Of a stretch of 64,000 nt of DNA, positions 1 to 9,651 are shown one piece after another. The notes under the pieces are model-generated. The model was not told where the DNA came from. It did no database searches and worked only from the letters and a program-made list of their open reading frames with translations. The stretch lies in the NCBI GenBank assembly GCA_964609855.1, contig CAZSTB010000007.1, forward strand, positions 94-64,093, in the 5' to 3' direction. The stretch is from an uncultured Bdellovibrionales bacterium. GTDB lineage: Bacteria; Patescibacteriota; Minisyncoccia; Moranbacterales; GWC2-37-73. Positions within the stretch are counted from its first letter, which is position 1. Each line of letters begins with the position of its first letter. The translations under genes were made by a program, and so were the position numbers.

Positions 1-9
1 TTAATGCGA

Positions 10-378
10 TTACACGGGAATAACCTTGCCGACTGACTCGACGAGGATATTTCTGTCATTACTCTTTACCAATATTGCTGTAAAACCTTCGTGATGGATC
101 CCATGCTCCGGTTCAAATTCCTGAGCACTTACCAAAATTACAGGCAATTCTGGATTCACCCGCTTGACGCCATGAAGTAACAAAACCCCTGCACCCGGAC
201 GGGGCATACTATAATCCGTTATTACAAGCTCAACGGATCGTGCTTCATTAGCGAGCATTTGCATGGCCTCTTCTTCATCCTCAGCCAGAAAAACTTCGTA
301 ACCGGCTTTCAACAAAGAACTTTCCATAGAAAACCTTGCCAAATAACTATCATCTACAACCAAAATGCTTGCACACAT
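10..378 (-). CDS. Single-domain response regulator receiver (CheY-like)
   Basis: ILVVDD, LVITDYSMP (phospho-Asp), PVILVS and conserved Lys; GGAGGTG SD upstream. Confidence 0.85.
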   Translation of the reverse strand: MCASILVVDDSYLARFSMESSLLKAGYEVFLAEDEEEAMQMLANEARSVELVITDYSMPRPGAGVLLLHGVKRVNPELPVILVSAQEFEPEHGIHHEGFTAILVKSNDRNILVESVGKVIPV

Positions 379-530
379 AACACCTCCGAAATTTTTTGTT
401 TCCCTTTAGTAACAACACAATTCACAAAAAATAAGCATTTTATTGCTATATCAATGAATACGCATAGAATAATATTCTTCTTTCAAACAACTACTTGCAT
501 ATTTATGCCAAATGTTAGTATACTCCATTT

Positions 531-1517
531 ATGAATATTGTAAAGTCAAAGATTATCGTGATTATGGGTCCCACCGCATCCGGAAAGTCTGATGCGGCCA
601 TTAAGCTTGCCAAGCGGTTCAATGGGGAGGTTATTTCAGCCGATAGCCGCCAGATATACCGCAAAATGGACATTGGAACCGGGAAAGTGCCTAAAGACGC
701 CAGAAATCCCGATTCGGAAGACGGATATTTTTCAGAAGGAATAAGACACCACCTGATTGACGTGGCAGAGCCGAACGAAGATTTCAACATATCCCATTTC
801 AAAAAAATGGCTCTGGAAGTCATCGAAGAAATACTGAATAAAGGAAAACTCCCCATCATTTGCGGAGGAACAGGCTTTTGGATCCAAGCCATTACGGACA
901 ATTTGAATCTGCCCAAGGTTGCTCCGAATGAAAAACTTCGACATGAACTGGACAAATTCTCAGCAGCAGAACTTTTTGAAAAGCTTGCCAAACTTGATCC
1001 CGAGCGCGCTGAAAATATTGATAAGCAAAACAAATACCGTCTTGTGCGAGCATTGGAAATTATTGATGCAATCGGGAAAGTCCCGGCTCTCAAGAAAGAT
1101 TGTCATCCTGAACTTGTTTCAGGATCTGGACCAGGAAAGATTCTGAAACAAGTTCAGAATGACAGAAAAGAGTACGACTTTTTGCAAATAGGCATCAATG
1201 TTTCACGAGAAATTCTGAATGCAAAAATAAAAAAACGTTTAGATGAAAGATTTGAGCTTGGCATGATCGAAGAGGTTGAAAATCTGCACAAAAATGGCGT
1301 TTCTTACGAATGGATGGAAAAGATTGGACTGGAATATCGCTGGATAGCTAGATTTTTGCAAAATAAAATTTCACTTGAAGAAATGAAAGAAAAATTGTAT
1401 TTCGATATCATTCATTATGCCAAACGTCAGATGACATGGTTTGGAAGAAATAAAAAAATACAGTGGCTTAAAAATTACACCGGAATAGAAAAATTAGTGG
1501 AAAAATTTTTGTTATAA
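531..1517 (+). CDS. miaA: tRNA dimethylallyltransferase with in-frame palindrome insertion
   Basis: GPTASGKS, SADSRQIY, DIGTGK, GGTGFW, RLVRALE, YAKRQMTWF. Confidence 0.97.
   Translation: MNIVKSKIIVIMGPTASGKSDAAIKLAKRFNGEVISADSRQIYRKMDIGTGKVPKDARNPDSEDGYFSEGIRHHLIDVAEPNEDFNISHFKKMALEVIEEILNKGKLPIICGGTGFWIQAITDNLNLPKVAPNEKLRHELDKFSAAELFEKLAKLDPERAENIDKQNKYRLVRALEIIDAIGKVPALKKDCHPELVSGSGPGKILKQVQNDRKEYDFLQIGINVSREILNAKIKKRLDERFELGMIEEVENLHKNGVSYEWMEKIGLEYRWIARFLQNKISLEEMKEKLYFDIIHYAKRQMTWFGRNKKIQWLKNYTGIEKLVEKFLL
1101..1164. repeat. TGTC-tagged REP dimer (REPIN-like) inside miaA
   Basis: TGTCATCCTGAACTTGTTTCAGGATCT-N10-AGATTCTGAAACAAGTTCAGAATGACA; 27-bp arms with 2 mismatches. Confidence 0.9.
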
Positions 1518-1523
1518 AAAGTT

Positions 1524-1559
1524 AGGGGTCGAAACATTAATTTCGACCCCTTTTGTTTT
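1524..1559. terminator. Intrinsic terminator, probably bidirectional
   Basis: AGGGGTCGAAA-N6-TTTCGACCCCT with flanking T and A tracts between convergent genes. Confidence 0.75.
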
Positions 1560-1576
1560 CTACTTCGCCAAGTCAA

Positions 1577-1789
1577 CTACGTACCCAACAGATTGCCGAG
1601 GGCTGTCTGTCGTGAGTATCCTCCAAACGTAGTTGCACCTGAACAAGAACAGTCACAACACAAGCTTTCGCGCTTCAATGACATCGGCGCCTTGGATACA
1701 ATACTAGGGCTAAGCGTCCAGTCACCATCGTACAATACCGCCTTGCAATTCCTGCACCCCTTCTCAAAGCTGCTCGCATTTTCAGCCAT
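1577..1789 (-). CDS. Small Cys-rich hypothetical protein
   Basis: 70 aa, CRNC and CCDCSC; GGGGGTG SD; start overlaps the end of the upstream ORF. Confidence 0.5.
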   Translation of the reverse strand: MAENASSFEKGCRNCKAVLYDGDWTLSPSIVSKAPMSLKRESLCCDCSCSGATTFGGYSRQTALGNLLGT

Positions 1790-1997
1790 GACCCACCCCC
1801 TTTTTCAGATCTGATGAATTACTTTCAGAACAAGAAGAACACACTACCTTGCAGTCATCTGGCAAATAAACCAAGGGCGCACCATAACAATGATCCATGT
1901 CACCAGGCAAAGATGAAACACCAAAGCCCTTACCAAAGTCGAGATTAAAGCATTTCACGCATTGAATAATTTTCTTCTTATCCTCATTGTTTGCCAC
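1782..1997 (-). CDS. Small Cys-rich (possible Zn-ribbon) hypothetical protein
   Basis: GTG start at 1997 after AGGGGGTG SD; CVKC and CSSC motifs. Confidence 0.5.
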   Translation of the reverse strand: MANNEDKKKIIQCVKCFNLDFGKGFGVSSLPGDMDHCYGAPLVYLPDDCKVVCSSCSESNSSDLKKGVGHG

Positions 1998-2436
1998 GTG
2001 ACACCCCCTATTTTTGAAAGTTATTGTCGCAATAAATATTGTTAAGGAGCTTCTCTGACTATTCGCACTCCCGAATGTTAAAAAAATCGGAAGTGACAAC
2101 AAAAAAAAATCGCCATCACTGGCGATTCTCAAAACACAAAACTGTTTTTTGCTTTTTTCTGAAAGATATTCTTTTGGGGAGTTTTTATCTTTATCATTCT
2201 TTAATCATACACCAAAAATCAACAAAAATCAATACTAATTATCCACAACCTATTACAATAACTGCCGCTATTGACAAAATTAAAAAGAACTGTTACAAAT
2301 CAATGTTACCAAATATGATATGATCTTTAACAAAGGAGACTAAAGAAGAACGATTGCCTGATATTCCCAAGGAAAAGATTGAAAATATTCAATCACAAGC
2401 AGTTTCAGCAGTCACCTCAATCGCCAGGAGGAATGT

Positions 2437-2781
2437 ATGAATTTTTCATCTACCATAGGATCAATAAAAAATGGCCTGGTAAGGAAAGATCCCAGGTTCG
2501 TCCTGCTCATGCTCAAGGCCAATGCAGATGTGGAAAAATTGATAAAGTTCACATCCATTGAAATAAGTGGAAAACACTACAATCTCTTATCGGTTTTTGA
2601 AAAAGCCGCCAAAACCCAAGGCCTGGCATTTTCAGATGCCATCCTGCAAGCAAGAAAGAACTGCACCGCCTTGCTTGAATTTCCTGTTGAAATAACAACT
2701 GGCCAAGTTGTGGCCTACCGCATCGAGAAAAAATCAACAAAGTTTCATTTTACCCTAAAAAGGGATCATCAGGACAGTTAA
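2437..2781 (+). CDS. Hypothetical protein
   Basis: 114 aa, AGGAGG SD, TTGACA at 2271, hairpin terminator near 2813-2849. Confidence 0.65.
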   Translation: MNFSSTIGSIKNGLVRKDPRFVLLMLKANADVEKLIKFTSIEISGKHYNLLSVFEKAAKTQGLAFSDAILQARKNCTALLEFPVEITTGQVVAYRIEKKSTKFHFTLKRDHQDS

Positions 2782-2866
2782 GCTCTTTCCTTTTGATGGG
2801 AGCGATATACCAAAAAGCGAGACCTCGTGAACAAACGAGTCTCGCTTTTAAAATATGCAAAAATTT

Positions 2867-3643
2867 CTAAGCAGCCTCACTGGAAGTAAATTCTTGATCT
2901 TGCTTACTTTCATTGGACACCTTATATTTTGCAATCTCATTGCGCAATTTCAACAAATCAGCTTTTGCAGCCGAAAGTTCAAAATATTCACTGTCATTTA
3001 TTTCTTTCAAATCATTATCCATGCTTTCAACATACACGTTGCGAGCGATCAAAAAATCATCCAAATAAAGACCTTTCATTCTCTCATCAATTTCTTTTTC
3101 ATATTTTTCCCACATAGGAGCCAGGACGCCTTCCAGACATTCCCGCTTATAATGCTCAACCAAGGCCAAGATTCCTTTTGCCTGACTCTCTATTTGCTCA
3201 TAAGTTGGGGAGGAAATTTCCACCATGGATTCAGAAACTAAATCATCTTCACTCAATTCAATGATATCCTCAATTTGCTGCGATTTTGTGAACAATTCAG
3301 AAGATGAAAGTCCACACTCATGCATAATCATTTTAATGACTGTTGCAACTTTTTCCTTGGAAACTCTTACTTGGTCGCTATCATTCAAATTAGCTTCAAA
3401 ATGTTTAGATTCATTCAAAACGCTCTGCACTATGTCTTTGCCTACTTGTCTGATCTTTTCGGTATCAAAGCCAGGCTGCTGTTTTTTGGGCAGAATCTCA
3501 TTGACAATCTTTGTCCTCAGCTCTTTTTGAACATTATCAAGCCAAGTCACGTAGCCCTTTTCACTCAAGGATTTACCGTTAGCTTCAACATAGATGAAAG
3601 CTTGCTTAGGCTCTTCTTTTCCCTTAAATATGCTTTTGAACAT
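2867..3643 (-). CDS. Hypothetical acidic, helical protein
   Basis: 258-aa ORF co-oriented downstream of gatB; no motif recognised. Confidence 0.7.
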   Translation of the reverse strand: MFKSIFKGKEEPKQAFIYVEANGKSLSEKGYVTWLDNVQKELRTKIVNEILPKKQQPGFDTEKIRQVGKDIVQSVLNESKHFEANLNDSDQVRVSKEKVATVIKMIMHECGLSSSELFTKSQQIEDIIELSEDDLVSESMVEISSPTYEQIESQAKGILALVEHYKRECLEGVLAPMWEKYEKEIDERMKGLYLDDFLIARNVYVESMDNDLKEINDSEYFELSAAKADLLKLRNEIAKYKVSNESKQDQEFTSSEAA

Positions 3644-3702
3644 ACTTTTTATTCGTTAAGATTGTATCTTATATTATACACCTATTTTTACTTTTTGTCA
3701 AA

Positions 3703-5199
3703 CTATCCCAATTTTTGCTTCAGCATTTCCATTACCATCTGCGGATTAGCTTTCCCTCCTGATTGCTTCATGACTTGCCCCATCAAAAATTTAAGCGCGT
3801 TCTCTTTGCCGGCTTTGTAGTCTTCTACTGATTGCGCATTAGCCTCCAGGACTGCATCCACGGCCTTTTCAAGCTCGCCAGTGTCATTCACCTGCCCCAA
3901 GTTCTTTTCTTCAATTATATGTGAGGGATCGCCACCAGTGTGGTACATTTCTTTTAGCACGATTTGTGCTGCAGAAGAATTTATTTTCCCGTCAGCCACA
4001 ATGCCGATAAGTTCCGCATAATTTTCCGGCGTAATTTTCAGATCGCGAATGTCATGATTATTTTCAGCCAAATGTTTTCTGACTTCGGAAATCAGATAAT
4101 TCACTGCTAGCTTAATAGCTTTTTCTTCAGCAACTGAAATCTCATGAGAAGCAATTTTTTCTTTAAGCTCACTGATAACTTGTTCAAAATATTCCGCCAA
4201 GTCAGATTCAGCAGTGATGATTGCAATATCATCAACATTTAAACCATATTCCTCAGTAAATCTTTTCTCCTTAGCACTTGGAAGCTCTGGAAGTTTGGCA
4301 CGTAAACTTTCCACATACTGCGCAGTAAATTCCATTGGTGGAATATCTGGTTCAGGGAAGTAGCGATAATCATGAGCAGATTCTTTTTTGCGCTGAGAAA
4401 CAGTCACGTTCTTCACACTGTCCCAACCGCGAGTTTCCTGCACAATTTTTTCTCCATTTTCCAACATTTCACTCTGGCGCTCAATTTCATAGTTGATCGC
4501 TTTCTCCACAAAGCGGAAAGAGTTGATATTTTTCACTTCAACCTTTGTTCCAGAAAGCTTAGGCTCGCCCTCTTTATGCAAGGAAAGATTTACTTCGCAG
4601 CGCATATTACCTTTCTCCATGTCAGCATCTGAAATTCCCAGGTAGCGACAAATCTGCTGCAATTTAGTGCAGAAAATTCTTGATTGTTCCCCATTTTCAA
4701 TATCAGGTTCAGTCACGAGCTCCATTAATGGCACCCCGGCGCGGTTAAAGTCCACCAGGGTGTGATCTGCGCCCTCAGGATGAACAAGCTTGCCAGTATC
4801 TTCCTCTAGGTGGATTCTGGTTACTCCAATTTTCTTAATTTCCTGTTTTCCATTTTCACCAGTAACCGTAATATCCATATGACCGAGCCCACAAAGAGGC
4901 TGGTCAAACTGAGAAATCTGATAACCTTTCGGGATATCTGGATAGAAATAATTCTTGCGATCAAATTTTGATTTGAGATTCAACTCGCAATTAAGAGCCA
5001 ATCCAGCAAGCTGCACTGCTTCAATAGCTTTCTCATTTGGCACAGGCAAAGTTCCGGGCTGCGCTGTGCAAACCGGACAGATATGAATGTTAGGTTTTTT
5101 TTCATGGCCAAGAGAATTCTTGCAAGAGCAAAACATTTTAGAGCTTGTCTTAAGTTCTACATGAACCTCCATACCTATCACTGGAATATATTTTGTCAT
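3703..5199 (-). CDS. gatB: Asp-tRNA(Asn)/Glu-tRNA(Gln) amidotransferase subunit B
   Basis: IGMEVHVEL, FDRKNYFYPD, HLEEDTGK, DFNRAGVPLMELVTEP, DYRYFPEPD. Confidence 0.98.
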   Translation of the reverse strand: MTKYIPVIGMEVHVELKTSSKMFCSCKNSLGHEKKPNIHICPVCTAQPGTLPVPNEKAIEAVQLAGLALNCELNLKSKFDRKNYFYPDIPKGYQISQFDQPLCGLGHMDITVTGENGKQEIKKIGVTRIHLEEDTGKLVHPEGADHTLVDFNRAGVPLMELVTEPDIENGEQSRIFCTKLQQICRYLGISDADMEKGNMRCEVNLSLHKEGEPKLSGTKVEVKNINSFRFVEKAINYEIERQSEMLENGEKIVQETRGWDSVKNVTVSQRKKESAHDYRYFPEPDIPPMEFTAQYVESLRAKLPELPSAKEKRFTEEYGLNVDDIAIITAESDLAEYFEQVISELKEKIASHEISVAEEKAIKLAVNYLISEVRKHLAENNHDIRDLKITPENYAELIGIVADGKINSSAAQIVLKEMYHTGGDPSHIIEEKNLGQVNDTGELEKAVDAVLEANAQSVEDYKAGKENALKFLMGQVMKQSGGKANPQMVMEMLKQKLG

Positions 5200-5373
5200 A
5201 TGCGTATATGTTAACTTTAGATAATATATAAATTTTATTGCAAATTATGTACTCAAATTTTTAATTTTTAATTTAAAATTTTTAATCAATTTCCAATGAA
5301 TAAATTTCCAATTTTAAAAAAATTTCACCGCTCATTCATTTCAAATTTCAAATTAAAAATTTCAAATTCCGCA

Positions 5374-5703
5374 CTAGCGGTTGTCTCCCTCTCCATGCAC
5401 CAGATCCCTTTCTCTTCTACTTTTTATTTTTTCCAAATTGCCGGTTGCCACGTCCTCCAACGACAAATCAAATTCTGAAGCAATTTGCGACAAATACCAA
5501 AGCACATCTCCCAATTCCTTCTTGACCTCCTCTCTCGATTGATCGTCCACCATTCCATTTTTATCTCTCAAAATTTTCTTCACTTTTTCAGCCACTTCAC
5601 CTGTCTCACCAGCCAGCCCGATTGTTGGAAAAGAAAAATTGTTTCCCAAGCCTGGATAGATTGCATTCTTGCGAGATTCTTTCTGATATTCATTGAAATT
5701 CAT
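5374..5703 (-). CDS. MazG-like NTP pyrophosphohydrolase
   Basis: GLAGETGEVAEKVKK and ELGDVLWY motifs. Confidence 0.9.
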   Translation of the reverse strand: MNFNEYQKESRKNAIYPGLGNNFSFPTIGLAGETGEVAEKVKKILRDKNGMVDDQSREEVKKELGDVLWYLSQIASEFDLSLEDVATGNLEKIKSRRERDLVHGEGDNR

Positions 5704-5716
5704 AACAAAATGCTAT

Positions 5717-5774
5717 TGTCATCCTGAACTTGTTTCAGGATCTGGGTGGATTCCGGATCAAGACCGGAATGACA
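5717..5774. repeat. TGTC-tagged REP heterodimer, intergenic
   Basis: TGTCATCCTGAACTTGTTTCAGGATCT-GGGT-GGATTCCGGATCAAGACCGGAATGACA. Confidence 0.88.
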
Positions 5775-5788
5775 ATGTAGATTTTTTA

Positions 5789-6214
5789 TCATCTTACACC
5801 AGTGCTCCCAAATGCTCCTGCTCCCCTATTCGTATTTTCCAATTCTTCAACTTCTTCAATTTCCGGAATCTCAACTTTCTGAAAAAGGACTTGGGCGATC
5901 TTTTGACCTTTTCCGATAACATAATCCTCCTGTCCCAGATTCACCAATCCAATAAACCATTCTCCCGTATAATTGCTATCAATAACACCTCCTAAAGTTT
6001 TTATGCCACTTTTTTGAGAAATACCGCTCTTATCCCAGATAAGTCCAGCATATCCAGCAGGCATTCCAATTGCGATTCCCGTCTGACATGAAATTCTTTC
6101 ACTCGGTTTCAAAACGGCATCCTGAGTTGAATAAAGATCCATACCAACATCACCCTTTAAGGCAAACTTTGGAGCTATGGCATCGGGATGAATTTTTTTA
6201 ATTTGAATTTTCAT
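5789..6214 (-). CDS. dut: dUTP diphosphatase
   Basis: GMDL, DKSG, GVIDSNYTGE, KIAQ, RGAGAFGSTG motifs. Confidence 0.95.
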   Translation of the reverse strand: MKIQIKKIHPDAIAPKFALKGDVGMDLYSTQDAVLKPSERISCQTGIAIGMPAGYAGLIWDKSGISQKSGIKTLGGVIDSNYTGEWFIGLVNLGQEDYVIGKGQKIAQVLFQKVEIPEIEEVEELENTNRGAGAFGSTGVR

Positions 6215-6705
6215 TTTGTTAACTCCAAAAAAGTATAATTGAAATTTTCGTCACTACTCTTTCTTTCACTAACCACTGTTTTAAATTCGCCGTATTCCGG
6301 AAAAAAAGTATCTGCATCAAATTTGCCATCAACTATCGTTAGATATAATTTATCAGTAAATCGCATTGCTTGAGTGTAAATTTGACCTCCACCAATAATA
6401 AATATTTCATCTCTTTCGATCTCACTAGCTTTACTTATTGCATCTTCAATTGAATTAGCAACAACAATTCCTTCAGCTTTAAAATTTTCATCTCTGGTGA
6501 TTACAATGTTTGTTCGATTTGGCAACGGCCTTCCGATAGACTCAAAAGTCTTTTTTCCCATAATAATTACATGACCAGAAGTAAGCTCCTTGAAGTATTT
6601 GAAGTCTTCAGGAATATGCCAAAGCAATTGGTTACTTTTTCCAATTTCCCTCTGTGCGCCAATGGCACATACAATGCTAAAGATAGGTTTTCCTGATTTT
6701 TTCAT
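6211..6705 (-). CDS. folA: Dihydrofolate reductase
   Basis: IGKSNQLLWHIPEDF, IMGKKTFESIGRPLPNRTNIV, IIGGGQIY, ADTFFP. Confidence 0.96.
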   Translation of the reverse strand: MKKSGKPIFSIVCAIGAQREIGKSNQLLWHIPEDFKYFKELTSGHVIIMGKKTFESIGRPLPNRTNIVITRDENFKAEGIVVANSIEDAISKASEIERDEIFIIGGGQIYTQAMRFTDKLYLTIVDGKFDADTFFPEYGEFKTVVSERKSSDENFNYTFLELTK

Positions 6706-6783
6706 GACTTGCAAGGACTTATTGATTTTTTTTCATGATAACACACAAAAACAAGCATGACAAAGGCATTTTATCTCTTGCTA

Positions 6784-6812
6784 TTGCTTTTTTTACCAAA
6801 TAATGCTATAAT
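6784..6812 (+). promoter_or_regulatory. sigma70 promoter with extended -10
   Basis: TTGCTT-N17-TATAAT with TG at the extended -10 position. Confidence 0.6.
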
Positions 6813-6872
6813 TTACAATCGTCCCTTGAGAAGTGAATAGTATGTATCTAACATCACCATTTAAGCGTTTGA

Positions 6873-7934
6873 ATGCGCAAAAAGGAGAAGCCAGTGTCAG
6901 AATTATACCAAGTGGAAAAAAGAGCAAGCGGCGAGCAAGCTGCTCACATGGCACGAGCCCAAAAAGAAGGAACATGCGTTTTTTGTCAGATCGACTTCAG
7001 TAAAAACAAGCCGCTGGATCGCAATGGCAACGTGGATCGCACTGGTTCAGCATGGAAATATTGGTGGATTTGGTGGAATCCTTTTCCGCAAAATCACCAG
7101 CGCCACCTCGTGTTTGTCTTAAAGCGACATGTATCCAGCAATAATCCAGAGAAGATTTACTTCAAGGAATGGTTTGAACTTATGAGAGCCTTTCTTTGGG
7201 CGATCATGCTTTTCAAATTCATGGGTGGCGGTTTTGATTTTCGCTTTGGCGACACCCGCTACAATGCTGGTACCATCCCTGGGCATTTTCATGCTCAGAT
7301 ACAAGCACCGTGGGGCACCGGACAAGTTTTGGCTCTTTTTTATCCAGACCTCAGCCCTCTAGAGCAAGCGCGCACCGCAAATAGGATTGTTTACAAAAAT
7401 GAATTGAGCGATTTCGAAGGATATGTGATTCATAGTCAATCCTATACCCTCAACAAAAATTTTCACTGGGAAAGGTTCCCTGGGGATTACACTCACACTT
7501 ACGTCCATACAAAGGAGGCACTGTCACACATCTCAGCAATATTTTCTGGCAACGAACTACGCCCAGAGTGGATGGTTCCTGCCAAGTGTACGAAAGGTGC
7601 TGAAACTGCTGCGATTAGTGATACCAAAGAGCCCTTCACATTCCATGCAGCTCTTGATGTCGCCAACGTCTTCAATGAAGAGGCGTACGAGAGAGAGACG
7701 GTCCTGGGATATGCATTCGAGAATTCAGACGGCTTCTATCTCTCGAGAAATTTCGAATGGAATTCACCGACTCGCTTCGTTCACGCGGAGCAGGCTTACG
7801 AATACATTCTCGCTGTCTACCATGACCCCAACACTATCGTTTTCAATGCAGAACTTAATACGATCGATGGCAAGGTAATCATGGATGATGGTACAAAAGT
7901 TATCAACCACCTGAAGAGATACTTCTACAGGTAG
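6873..7934 (+). CDS. HIT-superfamily (HxHxQ) protein with long unknown C-terminal region
   Basis: CVFC, NPFP, HLVFVLKRH, GHFHAQI; about 200 extra residues; terminator near 7956-7994. Confidence 0.7.
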   Translation: MRKKEKPVSELYQVEKRASGEQAAHMARAQKEGTCVFCQIDFSKNKPLDRNGNVDRTGSAWKYWWIWWNPFPQNHQRHLVFVLKRHVSSNNPEKIYFKEWFELMRAFLWAIMLFKFMGGGFDFRFGDTRYNAGTIPGHFHAQIQAPWGTGQVLALFYPDLSPLEQARTANRIVYKNELSDFEGYVIHSQSYTLNKNFHWERFPGDYTHTYVHTKEALSHISAIFSGNELRPEWMVPAKCTKGAETAAISDTKEPFTFHAALDVANVFNEEAYERETVLGYAFENSDGFYLSRNFEWNSPTRFVHAEQAYEYILAVYHDPNTIVFNAELNTIDGKVIMDDGTKVINHLKRYFYR

Positions 7935-8086
7935 GATTCAATGCTTTATTAGCAAGAGCCCAGCAACCAAACAGGATGCTGGGCTCGTTTTTTTAACATT
8001 ATTTATCACTATTTTTGAGCAAAAAATTTCAAAAACACATTGCCAACATCAAATCAAGGTGATAATATGCCTATACAAAGTATTAA

Positions 8087-8153
8087 TATTATCGGCGCTC
8101 GCTCGGAAATTGAAAAGAGTACTTTTCATTTCACTCGACTTCGCTAGATAATA
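8087..8153. repeat. Palindromic MITE-like repeat, second copy at 42404-42468
   Basis: TATTATC...CGCTCGCTCGGAAATTGAAAA-GAGTAC-TTTTCATTTCACTCGACTTCGCTAGATAATA. Confidence 0.65.
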
Positions 8154-8169
8154 AGTAAACTAAAACCTT

Positions 8170-8751
8170 ATGGATAAAGAAGTACTAAGTCTTTTGGGAA
8201 GCGGAAAGCTCATTCCAACCGAAGAAATAGCAGAAATCTCAATTCAACTAAAAAAACATGGTCGCCGAGTTGTTCTAACTCAAGGCGTATGGGACCTTAT
8301 TCACGAAGGACATGCTCAATATCTTCATAAAGCAAAGCAGTTAGGCGATGTGCTAATTGTAGGTGTCGATACAGATGAGGTAGTAAAGCACCGCAAGGGC
8401 CCTACCCGACCGATAGTTCCAGAACAAGAAAGAGTAAAGATGATTTCCCATTTAAGGTCAGTAGATCTGATTGTTATGAAGGAATCAAAAACCGATCATG
8501 GCAAATTGATTAGAGACATCCAACCAGATGTATTGGTCATTTCAGAAACAACCCCACCAAATGTGGATGGAAAAACTTTCCTTGAAGAAATATGCGACGA
8601 ACATAAACCCTACTGCAAAGAAATAATCAACATGGAGCCCCAGTCCACTACTTCTACCACTGCCAGAATAAGACTTCTAACCATCAAGGGTGCTGAAGAT
8701 CTAGCCAAGGAATTACAGGAAGTTATCAGTAAGTTTCTTTATAAAAAATAA
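8170..8751 (+). CDS. Cytidylyl/adenylyltransferase family protein (RfaE/TagD-like)
   Basis: TQGVWDLIHEGH (HxGH), LIVGVDTD, KGPTRPI, STT. Confidence 0.88.
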   Translation: MDKEVLSLLGSGKLIPTEEIAEISIQLKKHGRRVVLTQGVWDLIHEGHAQYLHKAKQLGDVLIVGVDTDEVVKHRKGPTRPIVPEQERVKMISHLRSVDLIVMKESKTDHGKLIRDIQPDVLVISETTPPNVDGKTFLEEICDEHKPYCKEIINMEPQSTTSTTARIRLLTIKGAEDLAKELQEVISKFLYKK

Positions 8752-9593
8752 TGGAAAAAATTCTCATAGCTCTGGTCCCAGTTATTCATATTAAATATCT
8801 TGAGCTTTTCAAAAAATATCCCGACCATTTGTATATTTTAGATGATTCCATCCTGCAAAAATGGGGCAGATTTGAGTATCTAAAAAGAGACCTTAGGACG
8901 ATCGACCAACAAACTGTTTTTGATTTTATAAAAAAATCAGGAATCGTAAAGAAGGTTAATTTATTGACAGCTGAAAATCTAAAGAAAGTAACCGATCTTG
9001 AGGATACCTGTTTTGTCCTGCCAAATGAAGACGTTTCACACTGGTTCAAGGAAGAATTTCTTAGCGGAAAAAATGTTGAATTCGAAAATGTTTTCTTGAG
9101 ATGGAATAAACCAGTCTCCACACAGGAACTTGAAGTTTCCAATAATAGAATTATTACACAAGAAGAAGCTCATAGAGAGCTAATCAAAGAAGCTAATAAA
9201 GAGGCGGAAGAAAGTGCTAATTGGTGGAGACAGATTGGAACACTAGTAACCGATATAAAAGGAAATGTAATACTCAAAGCCTTTAACCGCCACGTCCCAA
9301 CCCAAGAGAATATGGCAGCTTACGGAGATTTAAGAATGTGTTTTGATGCAGGTGAAAATCACCATCTTTCAAATTCAATACATGCGGAAGCATCCTTGAT
9401 TGGTAAGGCAGCAAAGGATGGAATAAAATTAGAAGGTACTAATCTTTATGTATCAACATTTCCCTGCCCGACTTGCGCCAAATTGGTAGCTGAAGCAGGC
9501 ATTAAAAAAGTTTATTACCAAAGCGGATATTCCCTTTCTGATGCTGAAGACATTCTTAAAAATGCTGGGGTAGAGCTTATCTTGGTTAAGTAA
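8751..9593 (+). CDS. dCMP-deaminase-family protein with extra N-terminal domain
   Basis: HAE...FPCPTC zinc motif, GIKKVYY; start overlaps the upstream stop. Confidence 0.88.
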   Translation: MEKILIALVPVIHIKYLELFKKYPDHLYILDDSILQKWGRFEYLKRDLRTIDQQTVFDFIKKSGIVKKVNLLTAENLKKVTDLEDTCFVLPNEDVSHWFKEEFLSGKNVEFENVFLRWNKPVSTQELEVSNNRIITQEEAHRELIKEANKEAEESANWWRQIGTLVTDIKGNVILKAFNRHVPTQENMAAYGDLRMCFDAGENHHLSNSIHAEASLIGKAAKDGIKLEGTNLYVSTFPCPTCAKLVAEAGIKKVYYQSGYSLSDAEDILKNAGVELILVK

Positions 9594-9651
9594 AAAAATC
9601 AAATAGCAAAAAGAGCCTCCTTGGGCTCTTTTTTTATTTTCAGCAAGAGAA

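Noticed and set aside
515-1093. Long antisense ORFs (also 3320-3820, 52378-52872, 58588-59046)
   Set aside because: They shadow better-supported genes on the opposite strand and have no motifs
2239-2247. DnaA box TTATCCACA as oriC
   Set aside because: Single intergenic box; no cluster and no dnaA or dnaN nearby
5693-5995. ORF containing CHPELVSGS
   Set aside because: Mostly antisense to dut; the peptide comes from reading through the intergenic REP copy
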